Source: a virus. From it: DNA of 64,000 bases. The notes beneath the pieces are model-generated. The model did not search any database. It was given only the letters and a program-made list of their open reading frames with translations, and was not told the origin of the DNA. The stretch lies in the IMG/VR virus record IMGVR_UViG_3300029448_000018, positions 5,664 through 69,663 of that record, one strand, 5' to 3'. Below, one piece after another: positions 1-9,800 of the stretch; position 1 is the stretch's first letter; each line of letters begins with the position of its first letter. The position numbers and the translations under genes are program-made.

Positions 1-834
1 GAAGCCCTTTGGCCTGAACGGTGGAATCTCGAAGCACTTGACCAACGTAGACTTTCAATGCCAGCGATACAATTTTCTCGTGAGTATCTTTGTGAGCCTA
101 TTCACGACGTTGCAAGTATGTTTCCTAACGATATTCTCGACAAAGCCCGTGATAAGGACCTTGTATTGCTCGACAGGGCTGATACTGAATTTGATGAGAA
201 TGGTAATCCCGCAGGTGTATTCGGTCAACACTTTATAGGATGGGACACAGCAATTGCTTCGGATAAAAACGCTGACTACACAGCAATGGTCGTTATGCGT
301 ACTTTACCCGATGACCATACCAAACAAATTGTCGGAGTTGTGCATGAGAAAGGATTAGGCGGTGCGGCTCAAAAGAAACATATTTTGATGCTTAACAATC
401 GGTTTCAACCTGATTTGATTGAACTTGAAGGCAACAACTTTCAGCGTATGTTCGCCGCTGAACTGCAAGATATGCGTAGCGATATACCGATTAAAACGTT
501 CATGACCACTCGACAAAGAAAGGAGAGTATGTTTATGTCTTTACTTATGGCATTTGAACAAGGACAGATTAGAACACCGTATGGTGATGAACGAAGTCGT
601 ACTTTCACACATAAATTAGAACAAGAACTAAACCGATTCGGAATGCAAAAGAATGGTAAGTTGGAATCTGTAGGTACTCACGATGACTTGGCAATGGCTT
701 TGGCTTTGGCTAATTGGGGTACAAAAGAGTTCAAGGGAAGCATTGTTTCACTCGATGATTACATGCCCGGATTTGGTGATTGGCTTGACAATACTGTTGG
801 TGGTAAGAACACAGGTGGGTGGGTTATACCATGA
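1..834 (+). CDS. terL: Terminase large subunit, C-terminal RNase H-like nuclease domain (5' partial)
   Basis: Frame is open from base 1 (EALWPERW...FSREYLCEP). It has IGWDTA, ADYTA, IELEGNNFQ and the C-terminal THDDLAMALALA motif typical of terminase nuclease domains, and lies upstream of the portal. Confidence 0.9.
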   Translation, partial: EALWPERWNLEALDQRRLSMPAIQFSREYLCEPIHDVASMFPNDILDKARDKDLVLLDRADTEFDENGNPAGVFGQHFIGWDTAIASDKNADYTAMVVMRTLPDDHTKQIVGVVHEKGLGGAAQKKHILMLNNRFQPDLIELEGNNFQRMFAAELQDMRSDIPIKTFMTTRQRKESMFMSLLMAFEQGQIRTPYGDERSRTFTHKLEQELNRFGMQKNGKLESVGTHDDLAMALALANWGTKEFKGSIVSLDDYMPGFGDWLDNTVGGKNTGGWVIP

Positions 835-1415
835 GTTACTCGTTTGATACTTGTTGGTCTTTCTTGAAAGGTGAATTAATACATCCAAGTGCTATGGGAT
901 ATTTTGCCCGTAGTCGTTTGTTAGGTGAGGATGATGAAGGTAGAATGGGAACTTCATATAAAATTGATGACCTTGCTGACCCACCAATGGACATAGAATA
1001 TAATCGACCAACACCCTATCCTTCTAAAGTACCAAATAAAAAATATCCTGAATTTTCAAGAACTGATGCAAATAATCGAGCATCTAAACTCACCGCCGCA
1101 GAAAATCAAGGACATGAAAACTGGGCTAATTTTACATTAAATCAAAGAGATAAAAGACACGATGATATGATGCAAATACCTCAAGAAGATGTTGATGCAT
1201 TTATTGAGCGTCTTTCAAATCCTGAAATGCATCAAAGTGAATTTTTTGATAAACCACACATGAGTGGTAAAGATGAAAGACGACATGATGCTATGGATAA
1301 GGTACTTGTAAAACGTCCAAGTGCATATCCTCCATATATGAGATATGCAAATGAAGATGGTACTCAACGTTCCATAGAATTACCACAAGATTATTACCAA
1401 GAGGTAAGAGGATGA
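831..1415 (+). CDS. Hypothetical protein with N-terminal 'FDTCWSFLK' leader
   Basis: ATG at 831 overlaps the terminase stop (ATGA). No recognisable domain. Confidence 0.65.
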   Translation: MSYSFDTCWSFLKGELIHPSAMGYFARSRLLGEDDEGRMGTSYKIDDLADPPMDIEYNRPTPYPSKVPNKKYPEFSRTDANNRASKLTAAENQGHENWANFTLNQRDKRHDDMMQIPQEDVDAFIERLSNPEMHQSEFFDKPHMSGKDERRHDAMDKVLVKRPSAYPPYMRYANEDGTQRSIELPQDYYQEVRG

Positions 1416-1429
1416 TTGGGGGTTTTTAA

Positions 1430-1573
1430 ATGAACGATAATATTTTAGCATTAGGAAATCATAATTTTTTATATCATACGTGTTGCTTTATAGCAAAATT
1501 AGATGGCGTTGAAAAACCATTTGGTTTTTGTGAAAAATGCTGGATTGAACATGGAAAACCGGAGGGCATGTAA
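1430..1573 (+). CDS. Small Cys/His-containing protein, 47 aa (not in ORF track)
   Basis: MNDNILALGNHNFLYHTCCFIAKLDGVEKPFGFCEKCWIEHGKPEGM*. GGGGG upstream, fills the gap, and its stop overlaps the next start (TAATG). Confidence 0.6.
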   Translation: MNDNILALGNHNFLYHTCCFIAKLDGVEKPFGFCEKCWIEHGKPEGM

Positions 1574-1758
1574 TGACTTGTGAATGTGGACATTGTGTAG
1601 GAATGGGTACTGCTTGGGATTTCCTTGAAAAGAAATTATGCCCTGCTGGAAAAGCGGCGGCTAAGAAAAAATTCGATGTTTATCCATCTGCTTATGCTAA
1701 CGGATGGGCGGTGCAATACTGCAAGGGTAAGTTCAAGAAAAAGGGGAAGAAGAAATGA
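1573..1758 (+). CDS. Small basic protein with CxCxxC + AWDFLEK leader and a KFDVYPSAYANGW motif
   Basis: GGAGGG RBS and Lys-rich tail. The PSAYAxGW motif recurs in small basic proteins of marine viruses. Confidence 0.75.
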   Translation: MTCECGHCVGMGTAWDFLEKKLCPAGKAAAKKKFDVYPSAYANGWAVQYCKGKFKKKGKKK

Positions 1759-1916
1759 AACTTAAGAAACCTTCTTGCTGTTGCGGTGGCACTAAAAAGA
1801 CACCATGTATATGTATGATTGAGGGTAACCAATGCTCGGCTTCATCCCCAAAATGTCCTTGTTATGCTCTTATTGATAAACAAAAAAACATCAAGAAAAT
1901 GGTCGGTGTGTACTGA
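1755..1916 (+). CDS. Cys-rich protein, 53 aa (not in ORF track)
   Basis: MKLKKPSCCCGGTKKTPCICMIEGNQCSASSPKCPCYALIDKQKNIKKMVGVY*. ATGA overlap at its start and abuts the next ATG at 1917. Confidence 0.65.
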   Translation: MKLKKPSCCCGGTKKTPCICMIEGNQCSASSPKCPCYALIDKQKNIKKMVGVY

Positions 1917-2321
1917 ATGACTCGATGTACTTGCCATGATACACTTGTTATCAAGAACTTGAATCGTTGGTTCAAAGAAAAATGGGTTGATGTTAGTCGT
2001 AAAGACAAAGACGGTAAGCATCCTCCTTGTGGAAGAAGTAAGGCAAGTAAATCAAGCAAAGGTTACCCAAAGTGTAGACCGAGTGTGAAAGTTTCAAGTA
2101 AAACTCCAAAGACAAGCGGCTCTATGAGTAGCGGTCAAAAACAAGCGGCTACAAAACGGAAGCGAGCAAAAAAGCAAGGCGTTGGTGGCAAACCTACGGT
2201 GGTGAAAGCAATGAAAGATAAAAAAGACATGAAAGACATGAAAGGAAAAAAAGGCATGGTGATGGTAATTGCCATTGGTGCTAAACCAAAGAAAGTCGGC
2301 GTTAAAAAGAAAAAGGACTAA
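1917..2321 (+). CDS. Highly basic protein (LNRWFKEKWVDV...CGR...YPKCRP family), putative DNA-binding virion protein
   Basis: Motif family seen in marine phages and giant viruses. Very Lys-rich. Confidence 0.7.
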   Translation: MTRCTCHDTLVIKNLNRWFKEKWVDVSRKDKDGKHPPCGRSKASKSSKGYPKCRPSVKVSSKTPKTSGSMSSGQKQAATKRKRAKKQGVGGKPTVVKAMKDKKDMKDMKGKKGMVMVIAIGAKPKKVGVKKKKD

Positions 2322-2346
2322 ATGATTGGTCAACGGAGAGGTCAAT

Positions 2347-3648
2347 ATGTGGGGGAGTGCATTTGTCGGGGATGAGTATGATTTCCCCGTTTTAGGAAAC
2401 GATGAGTTTTCTAATTTACTTGTTAAAAGTATATCACAGCATCCACAATTTCAATATGATAATTTACCTATTGAACCAGTAAGTTCATCTTTAGTTGTTA
2501 AAGAGGAATTAAAATCATATTCATTTGCTAAGAATGGAGATGGTTGGCTCGAATCCACATGGGGGAAGAGTGCTGACCAAATCATACGTGAATGTCGTAA
2601 AGCCCGTAGAAATGATAAAACCAATAGAGACATGTATGATTCTATGATTAAAGACGTTAGAACATTAAAGTCAATGGAAGTGGAAGCCACTATTACCAAT
2701 TTGTCTTGGTCTGATGGTCTTTCTGATGTTATCAAAAATATGGGTATAAACGATAAAGCGTTAAAATCACTACGAAAGTTTGGAGAATCACGTTCTGTTA
2801 GTTTACAAAAAGCCTGTCAATTATTTTTGAAAGCAAATACTGTATTGAATATGCTCAATGAGAAAGTTGACTGGTCTGTTGATGACCAATTAGAATGGGT
2901 CAATGCAAATCAATTACAAAAAGACGCAAGAAAAATGTGGAGAAATGTATTGAAGCAAGCAGAAAAATTACCTGTTAATGATGTAAAGGCATTAGAATTT
3001 GCATCTGATGTATTGGAAAAGGAAGGTCCTTTACAATCTCGTGAACTCGTAAGACGTGGACTCGGTACATTGGAAAAGAATATCACACCACAAAAAATGG
3101 CATCTTTACTCAAGACGTATGGCGAAGAGTTTGATATTTACAAAGCCCCGTCGAGAGGGAATTACATTAAAATTGGTACGCATGGGTTAATTATCAAAGA
3201 CATATGGGGGTACATGGCGGGTTCACTTGATTCGGATGGAAGCATCTTTATTTCCCAACGTGGCGACCCTCGTGTAACCTTTGTTGCAAGTGGAAATATG
3301 GGTAAGCAGTTGTGTGAAGATTTACAAAAGGCTGTTGGCTGTGGTCGATTAGTTACTGACCAAACAGTAGCAAAGAATACACAAAAAACAATTCATCGGC
3401 TTATATTTGCATCAAAAGACGATATTCGCCATGTACTCAAACATTCTATGCCTCATATGCGTCTAAAAGACTTGCAAGCAAAGGCTATGCTTGCTTATGT
3501 AGATGAAAAAGATAAGATGAGAAAGACTGAATTATATCAGTTAGTTACATTTAGTAATTGGAAAGACCATAAAAACAAAGCCGACTCTCTCTTGAACAAG
3601 TGGGGCGTTGATGCTGACACTATAGGCGCATTTGCGGAGGGATTGTAA
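2347..3648 (+). CDS. Protein with C-terminal LAGLIDADG endonuclease-like domain and a probable winged helix
   Basis: GYMAGSLDSDGSIFI is a LAGLIDADG motif. Likely start is ATG 2347 after GGAGAGG (ORF track starts at 2326). Confidence 0.75.
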   Translation: MWGSAFVGDEYDFPVLGNDEFSNLLVKSISQHPQFQYDNLPIEPVSSSLVVKEELKSYSFAKNGDGWLESTWGKSADQIIRECRKARRNDKTNRDMYDSMIKDVRTLKSMEVEATITNLSWSDGLSDVIKNMGINDKALKSLRKFGESRSVSLQKACQLFLKANTVLNMLNEKVDWSVDDQLEWVNANQLQKDARKMWRNVLKQAEKLPVNDVKALEFASDVLEKEGPLQSRELVRRGLGTLEKNITPQKMASLLKTYGEEFDIYKAPSRGNYIKIGTHGLIIKDIWGYMAGSLDSDGSIFISQRGDPRVTFVASGNMGKQLCEDLQKAVGCGRLVTDQTVAKNTQKTIHRLIFASKDDIRHVLKHSMPHMRLKDLQAKAMLAYVDEKDKMRKTELYQLVTFSNWKDHKNKADSLLNKWGVDADTIGAFAEGL

Positions 3649-5435
3649 TCGCAGAAGAAAATGGAAGAATATCACGATTTTTGTCGGCTTTAGGTCGGCC
3701 TTTCAAAAGAAAGGAAAGCCCAACTCCTACTATGCCACTTTGGTCAAGTGGTATTCAAGAACCCGTAATGGCTCAAGGAATTACTATACCTGCTCTTTTT
3801 GCTGTAAGTAATGAATCGCTTATTCTTCGTACTGTACTTTCTAAACTACGACAAGAAATGTTTCGTCGTGGTTTTTATTGGGAAAAGCAATTTACCAGAA
3901 AATGTACTCAATGTGATGAAGAATATCAAGAAGAAGTTGATACTTGTAAACTATGTGATGGTCAAACAAGAAAACCTGACCCTGATGAACTCACTTATCC
4001 AAAGTGGTTACTAAAACAAGAAAACAGCATGGAACAATCATTCTTCCATCTTTTACATGAACTTGAAAGCGATTTAAATATTGTAGATGACGGGTTTCTT
4101 GTTTTAGTAAAAGAATATTTTATTGACCCTGAAACAAAAGAAGTTCAATTTTATCGTGTTAAAGAAATGATACGAGGCGACCCTATCTTTATGCGTATTG
4201 TTGCTGATAAGCGTGGTGTTCGTGGTGGGCGTTACAAAATTTGTTTAATTCATCGAGAAAATGTCAAAACACATTCTGAAAGCGATAAATGTGAAATTTG
4301 TGGAAGTGAAATGCAAGATGTTCATTATGTAAATATGGCTGGAAGTGGTAAGACACAATACTTTGTTGAAGGGGAAGTACTGCACATTTCAAAATATAAT
4401 CCATCGAAATTGTATGGTCGTTCTCCAGTTAACACAATGTGGAGACAGGCAATGACACTCACAGCAATGGATAACTACATCTATACTGCATATCAAAAGA
4501 GAAGAATACCAAAAGGTATTATTTCTGTTACAACAGATAACTTAGAATCAATGAAGTCGTTCTGGAAGGCAACTGATGAAAAGATGGAACGTGACCCTCA
4601 CTATATTCCTCGTGTTGGTATTGAATCTTCGAGTGGAAGAGGAGGGGTCAATTGGGTCAAATTTATGGACACACTTGAAGAAATGCAGTACATCGCTGTG
4701 CGTGATGAAATACGAAACCGCATCGCCGCTTTCTATGGTGTCTCCTCTATCTTCATGATTGATAATGGTAAATCAGGAGGTCTGAATAATGAAGGGCTAC
4801 AGATTCTTGTTACTAATCGTGCTGTAGAATTTGGTCAAAAAGTATACACAGAAATTCTTTTCCCAAGACTACTAAAGCAAATGAATGTCAATGATTGGAA
4901 ACTCACGCTTTATCCTAATGAAGAAGAGGATGAAATTACTCGACTACGAAGAGATGAACAAGAACTCAACGTTGCACAAAGAATGGCGCAATTAGGATTT
5001 GTACCTGATTTGCTTGATGAGCCAGCAAATCGAGATATTCGTTTCACATATTCTAAACCACCACCAGCACCAGCACCACCACCCGGTGGAGGACCACCCG
5101 GCGGTGGAGGTATGCCTCCTATGATGCCACCCGGTGGAATGCCACCCGGTGGAATGCCACCACAGATGATGGGAAGAGGCGGAATGCCAATGCCACCACA
5201 GATGGGTGGAGGAATGCCAGCATCAAGACAAGTTCCACCCGGAATGGGAATGCCTATGCAACCCGGAAGTGAAGGAATGGGAATGAGAAATCGTGGTCCC
5301 GTAGCACCTCAAAGAAGAGGAACAATGGGAAGTGGTTCACCACTTTCAAGTGTTCAACAAAGAGGACCTGAACCAACTCCTATGCAAAACGTTTCTAATG
5401 CATTATTAGACGCTCGTAGACCAAGAGGCCGCTAA
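3648..5435 (+). CDS. Portal protein with Zn-finger inserts and Pro/Gly/Met-rich C-terminal tail
   Basis: KLYGRSP, RIPKGII and IAAFYGVS portal motifs, located between terminase and protease. Start proposed at in-frame ATC 3648 (ORF track uses TTG 3681). Confidence 0.85.
   Translation: MAEENGRISRFLSALGRPFKRKESPTPTMPLWSSGIQEPVMAQGITIPALFAVSNESLILRTVLSKLRQEMFRRGFYWEKQFTRKCTQCDEEYQEEVDTCKLCDGQTRKPDPDELTYPKWLLKQENSMEQSFFHLLHELESDLNIVDDGFLVLVKEYFIDPETKEVQFYRVKEMIRGDPIFMRIVADKRGVRGGRYKICLIHRENVKTHSESDKCEICGSEMQDVHYVNMAGSGKTQYFVEGEVLHISKYNPSKLYGRSPVNTMWRQAMTLTAMDNYIYTAYQKRRIPKGIISVTTDNLESMKSFWKATDEKMERDPHYIPRVGIESSSGRGGVNWVKFMDTLEEMQYIAVRDEIRNRIAAFYGVSSIFMIDNGKSGGLNNEGLQILVTNRAVEFGQKVYTEILFPRLLKQMNVNDWKLTLYPNEEEDEITRLRRDEQELNVAQRMAQLGFVPDLLDEPANRDIRFTYSKPPPAPAPPPGGGPPGGGGMPPMMPPGGMPPGGMPPQMMGRGGMPMPPQMGGGMPASRQVPPGMGMPMQPGSEGMGMRNRGPVAPQRRGTMGSGSPLSSVQQRGPEPTPMQNVSNALLDARRPRGR
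5124..5160 (+). repeat. Tandem 15-bp repeat ATGCCACCCGGTGGA (MPPGG) x2.5 in portal tail
   Basis: Read directly: 5124-5138, 5139-5153 and a partial copy at 5154-5160. Confidence 0.85.
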
Positions 5436-5480
5436 AACTCTTTAAACAAGTAGTATATGACATAGACAAGAGGGATTCGT

Positions 5481-5834
5481 ATGGACCTACTAAAAATGCA
5501 CCCAATGGCAAGAAAAATGGAACAAGCGCAAAAAGCATTTGCAACTGCGTTAGAAGAAGGCGATGGTAATCTCGCCAAGCAACATTTAACAGAAGTACAG
5601 AAACTAAGCGATTTCCTTTTGGAAGATTTGCAATCGGAAATTTTCAAGGCTGAAAACCTTGCACGTACACCCGGTGCAAAAGACCTCTTTGTTGGTGGAG
5701 TAGCACCTTACACATTCCAAAAAGATGAAGGTCGAACTGAATTGACAGGACATCGACTAAGCGGAACTGTATCGGCAGGAAAGCAACGTAAAGGATTTAA
5801 TCCATCAAGAGGAACACTTGGTCGTAGGGTGTGA
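5481..5834 (+). CDS. Hypothetical head-module protein
   Basis: GAGGG RBS, helical N-terminus, DLLK and EIFKA motifs. Confidence 0.7.
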   Translation: MDLLKMHPMARKMEQAQKAFATALEEGDGNLAKQHLTEVQKLSDFLLEDLQSEIFKAENLARTPGAKDLFVGGVAPYTFQKDEGRTELTGHRLSGTVSAGKQRKGFNPSRGTLGRRV

Positions 5835-5838
5835 TTCT

Positions 5839-6174
5839 TTGTCTGACGCAGGGCAACTCATGAATGTTCTCATCACAAAGATGGAGAACATGGATAATGA
5901 CTTGTCTCTTCTAAAAGCAGAAAACGCAAGACTAAAGGCTACACTACAAAATCCAAAAAATCTTCTTCGTAAAATGGGTCTTGTATCTATTTCAACTCCA
6001 TTAGCGGCAGATGTAATAACTGACCCGCTACGTGCAGATATGGAAAATGATGCACTACTTATGAAGGGTGATATGTCATCTTCCATACCACAAACAAATG
6101 AAGAATTTCACAACATGTCATGGGAAGAAATACATGACATGGCAAAAACCGCAAAAGATACGGAGATGAATTAA
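5839..6174 (+). CDS. Coiled-coil protein sharing the scaffold C-terminal motif (putative accessory scaffold)
   Basis: Likely TTG start at 5839. C-terminus IPQTNEEFHNMSWEEIHDMA resembles the scaffold C-terminus. Confidence 0.7.
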   Translation: MSDAGQLMNVLITKMENMDNDLSLLKAENARLKATLQNPKNLLRKMGLVSISTPLAADVITDPLRADMENDALLMKGDMSSSIPQTNEEFHNMSWEEIHDMAKTAKDTEMN

Positions 6175-6614
6175 TGAAGCCAAGATTTGATGAAGCACCA
6201 GTTCTCGTGAAAGCGTTAGAATTAGAACGACGTTTAAACGATTTAGCAATTCACAAAGCAAAATGTGATTGTCCCGAAGGAAAATGCGATTGTGAAGATT
6301 GTCCAAAGTGTGGTTCTAAGATGAACAAGATGGGTTGCATGAAGATGGGCTGTGGCGGAAAAATGGCAAAGGCTGAACCCGGTTTCAAGGCTGAAAAAAT
6401 TTCAGACATTAATCCTCACATGGTAACAGAAACAGGTGGACAAACTCGTACAGCATACTACACCACTAATGGTAAAACCATTGAATCAGAAGATGCTAAG
6501 AAAAAGCCTAAGAAGAAAGACGCTACAAGTTTAGAAACTTTAAGCAGTAAACTTAACCCTCATTCTGGAACTGGTGTAGAAAGAGAAGATACTGCGGGTG
6601 AAAAGGGACTGTGA
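6174..6614 (+). CDS. Hypothetical protein with Cys cluster
   Basis: TAATG overlap and GGAG RBS. Contains KCDCPEGKCDCEDCPKC...GC...GC. Confidence 0.7.
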   Translation: MKPRFDEAPVLVKALELERRLNDLAIHKAKCDCPEGKCDCEDCPKCGSKMNKMGCMKMGCGGKMAKAEPGFKAEKISDINPHMVTETGGQTRTAYYTTNGKTIESEDAKKKPKKKDATSLETLSSKLNPHSGTGVEREDTAGEKGL

Positions 6615-6618
6615 TTCT

Positions 6619-6792
6619 ATGTCTAATGTGCGTGTAGTTAAAGCGAATGACCACGCATCATTGAGAGAGCATAGTGAACGTGTTGCACCTCTATTGTGTC
6701 GAACTTGTGGCGGTTCATCTGAATCAGGATGTAAACTCCCTATGGCGCAAGGAATGGATATACACGCCTGTCCTAAATTTACACCGCTATGA
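6619..6792 (+). CDS. Small Zn-binding protein
   Basis: MSNVRVVKA...CRTC...C...HAC. Fills the gap between neighbours. Confidence 0.6.
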   Translation: MSNVRVVKANDHASLREHSERVAPLLCRTCGGSSESGCKLPMAQGMDIHACPKFTPL

Positions 6793-6806
6793 AAGGCGGT
6801 GTTAAA

Positions 6807-9800
6807 ATGTCATATACTCAATTAGACCACGCTACATACGATTTGTTAAAATCGTTAGACGATGGTTTAGACCTTGAACGAAATGCGGCTGAATACATCA
6901 TCGCATGGAACTCTATGGAAAAATCCCCCCGTGAACCCATTCTTGGTTCTCTTCTTGTATTAGCAGAAGATGTTATTGCGAAGAAAGAAAAAGAAGAATT
7001 GCCTGAATTTGAATATGACAAGGGCGACGATACTGGTGAAGGGCTTCTGCACAATATAGAAGATACTCAAGATGATTTAACAAATCACATATGGCTCGAT
7101 GGGTTACAAGGCGGAAAGAATCTATCTGACCATTTTTCTACATGGCCTGTGTATCGACCCAATCCAGCAAATCACCCATATAGAGAACATCATTTTCCAT
7201 TCCATCCAGCAAATCACCCTGCACTAAGACTTCATGCTACAACAGGAAAACCTCATTGGGTTGAAATGCTAAGAGCACACGTTTTTGGCGGATATATGGA
7301 TGAAGAAGCAAAGATGGAAAAAGAATACATAAAGCATCTTAAGGATAATAAACACCCTTTAGCGTTTGGATTTAAACCTCAAGGTTCAAAGTCAAAGAGT
7401 ATGAATTTATTAGGCACTCCAGAAGTATTTGGTACGATTGGTACACACCAGAAAGATTTCTACGAACGAGATTATCATAGATGGAAGAAATCAAATGAAG
7501 CATCTAACATAAAGGACAGTCTTGTAGAAGAAGGAAGAAGTTCGCAAGACATACAAAAAATACTTCGTGAGGCACATTTTGACCAAAAGGCAAATGAGTG
7601 GCTTACAGAAGATAGTGTTTTGGACGATGATTACAATGTCCATCCAACACCGTTAGGTCATCATGGTTTTAAATTAGGTTTAGAATGGTTTTCACCAGAA
7701 GAAAGAACTGCCATACGACAACAGATAGATGAACACGGTTTAGACAATGTGAGCACTATTGAATTACCAAGTGGGCAAAAAATTCCTTCTTCTCGTTTTA
7801 CATACAATGCTCTTATGCGTAAAACTCCTGAAATGAATTGGGCTGTACGTAGTCCGAGAATGATGGGAAGAAATTCTCATCTTCGATTAGAAGATAACGA
7901 TACTGATTACGAATTAGGTGAAGGTGGTCGATTCCTACAAAGTGCGTTAGGAAATGCTGTACACTTACCATATGAAGGAAAAGAGGAGTCTATCGCTGAT
8001 TTTATTTTGGAAGAAATAAACAATCTGTATGCAGATGATATGAAAAATGCTGGTAAAGGGTATAAAAGAAAGTTGAAGTATTTACCAAGACTAAATTTAC
8101 ACAAAAACGATTCTCCAGAAGATTTGACTTGGGAAGGTCTAAAAGATGCTGAAAAAAGTCAATTTGGAAAACGAACTCAAAAAATAGACCATTCAAGAAT
8201 ACCAATTGAAGATATACTTTTCTTAGCAGGATTTGACCCTAAAACAAGAGAACCTATTCAAAATCATGAATTACATGGGTCAATGGAAGGACCTATTGTT
8301 CCTTTAGAATGGATAGAAAATATGGAAAAACAGGCTTCGGGGCATATGAATTTACAACAACAAGAAAAAGATATTCGTAATCATTTATCATTCTTAAAAG
8401 CGGCACATGGTCCTCATCCATCGGAAGATAAACCCTCATATTGGCGTACAAGTGAAGATGGGGATTATACCTACGGACCCGGAAACTTTTGGAATAAATT
8501 GTATCAGGGTACTGGTGGTGCAGGTATGTCTTTATCTACATATAATGAAATTCTACATGCATTAACTGCTAACGAAGATGGTAATTCTTTACTTGGTGAA
8601 GTACATGAATCAGGTACTATGGGGGAAAAGAAAACGATAGTACCTAATCAAAACAATTTATCACTTGCTGCACATTTTATGCCTGAACGTTCTCAAGAAC
8701 ATGGGCATTTTGATGCAAACACGAAAAAATATGTTCACCATAATGCACCTAAACTTATTCAAAACATACTTTCACCTGTAAATGTTTCAAGACCAATACC
8801 AAGTGGAACATCACATAGTGGATTTAAAGAAGGGGCTACGACTAAAAATAATTTTTCTGAACATAAATCATCTCTTTCACCACAGTATGAGTATATGATA
8901 CGCCATATGACAGATAAAGAGAGACAAATATTTGGTTCACATCTAAAACCGTTTGACAATACATTAACAAGAAATCCGTTCTTACATCACGCTACTTATC
9001 GTGGTTATGTACCATACAGTAGTGATAAACAAATATATGATAACGCCGCAGATACTCACAAAAGAATAATGAGATTTGGTTACCAAAACCATTTGAATAC
9101 ACCAAGTGAAAAGTCTGTTACATCGTTTAATGATTTACTAAGAGGTGAAGGAGAGGTTAGCGGAGGAGAAACACCAGAAGATATGTTTTCTTTTTTGAAT
9201 TGGGGAGTATCAAAACCTTCATACAATAAAGTAAAAGATTATTTGAACACAAGTAAACGAGCATTTGGACTTCGTTTACTTACGAACATAACAAAGGTTA
9301 TTGGTTCTCAAAAACCAAGAGACATTTTAGAATATTTACAAGCAGAAGATTTTACAGATTTACGTGAAAAAATGGGCTTCGATGCTGTACATGATACAAC
9401 TCCTATAGGAGATATTGTTGGAGGATTATTAGATGATATTCATCTTGATATTAAAGAACGACCTCAAACATACAAGCATAAAAAACCAACAATGGAAGAT
9501 GCAGTTCGTACAGCAATAAGTTTTGGTGGTGCATTACCTGCTATTGATAAAGAGCAAAAATTACAAGATGAATCTGATGATTTACTTCAACAACTTAATG
9601 AAGCAGACGAAATAGATAAACCGTTGATAAGAGAAAAACTAACAGATGTAACTTCAAAACTTACTGCAATGCAACAAAAAGCAATAGAAGGCGTACAAGG
9701 AAAGGGAACGACTCATTGGAAAATAGATTCCAAGAGAGAAGAAGAGTTGGCAAAAGCGCACAGAATTTTAGTTGCTAAAGTAGCACCAATGATAAAGGAA

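Noticed and set aside
2326-3648. Intron or intein associated with the LAGLIDADG domain
   Set aside because: Flanking genes are uninterrupted and there are no C/S...HN intein ends.
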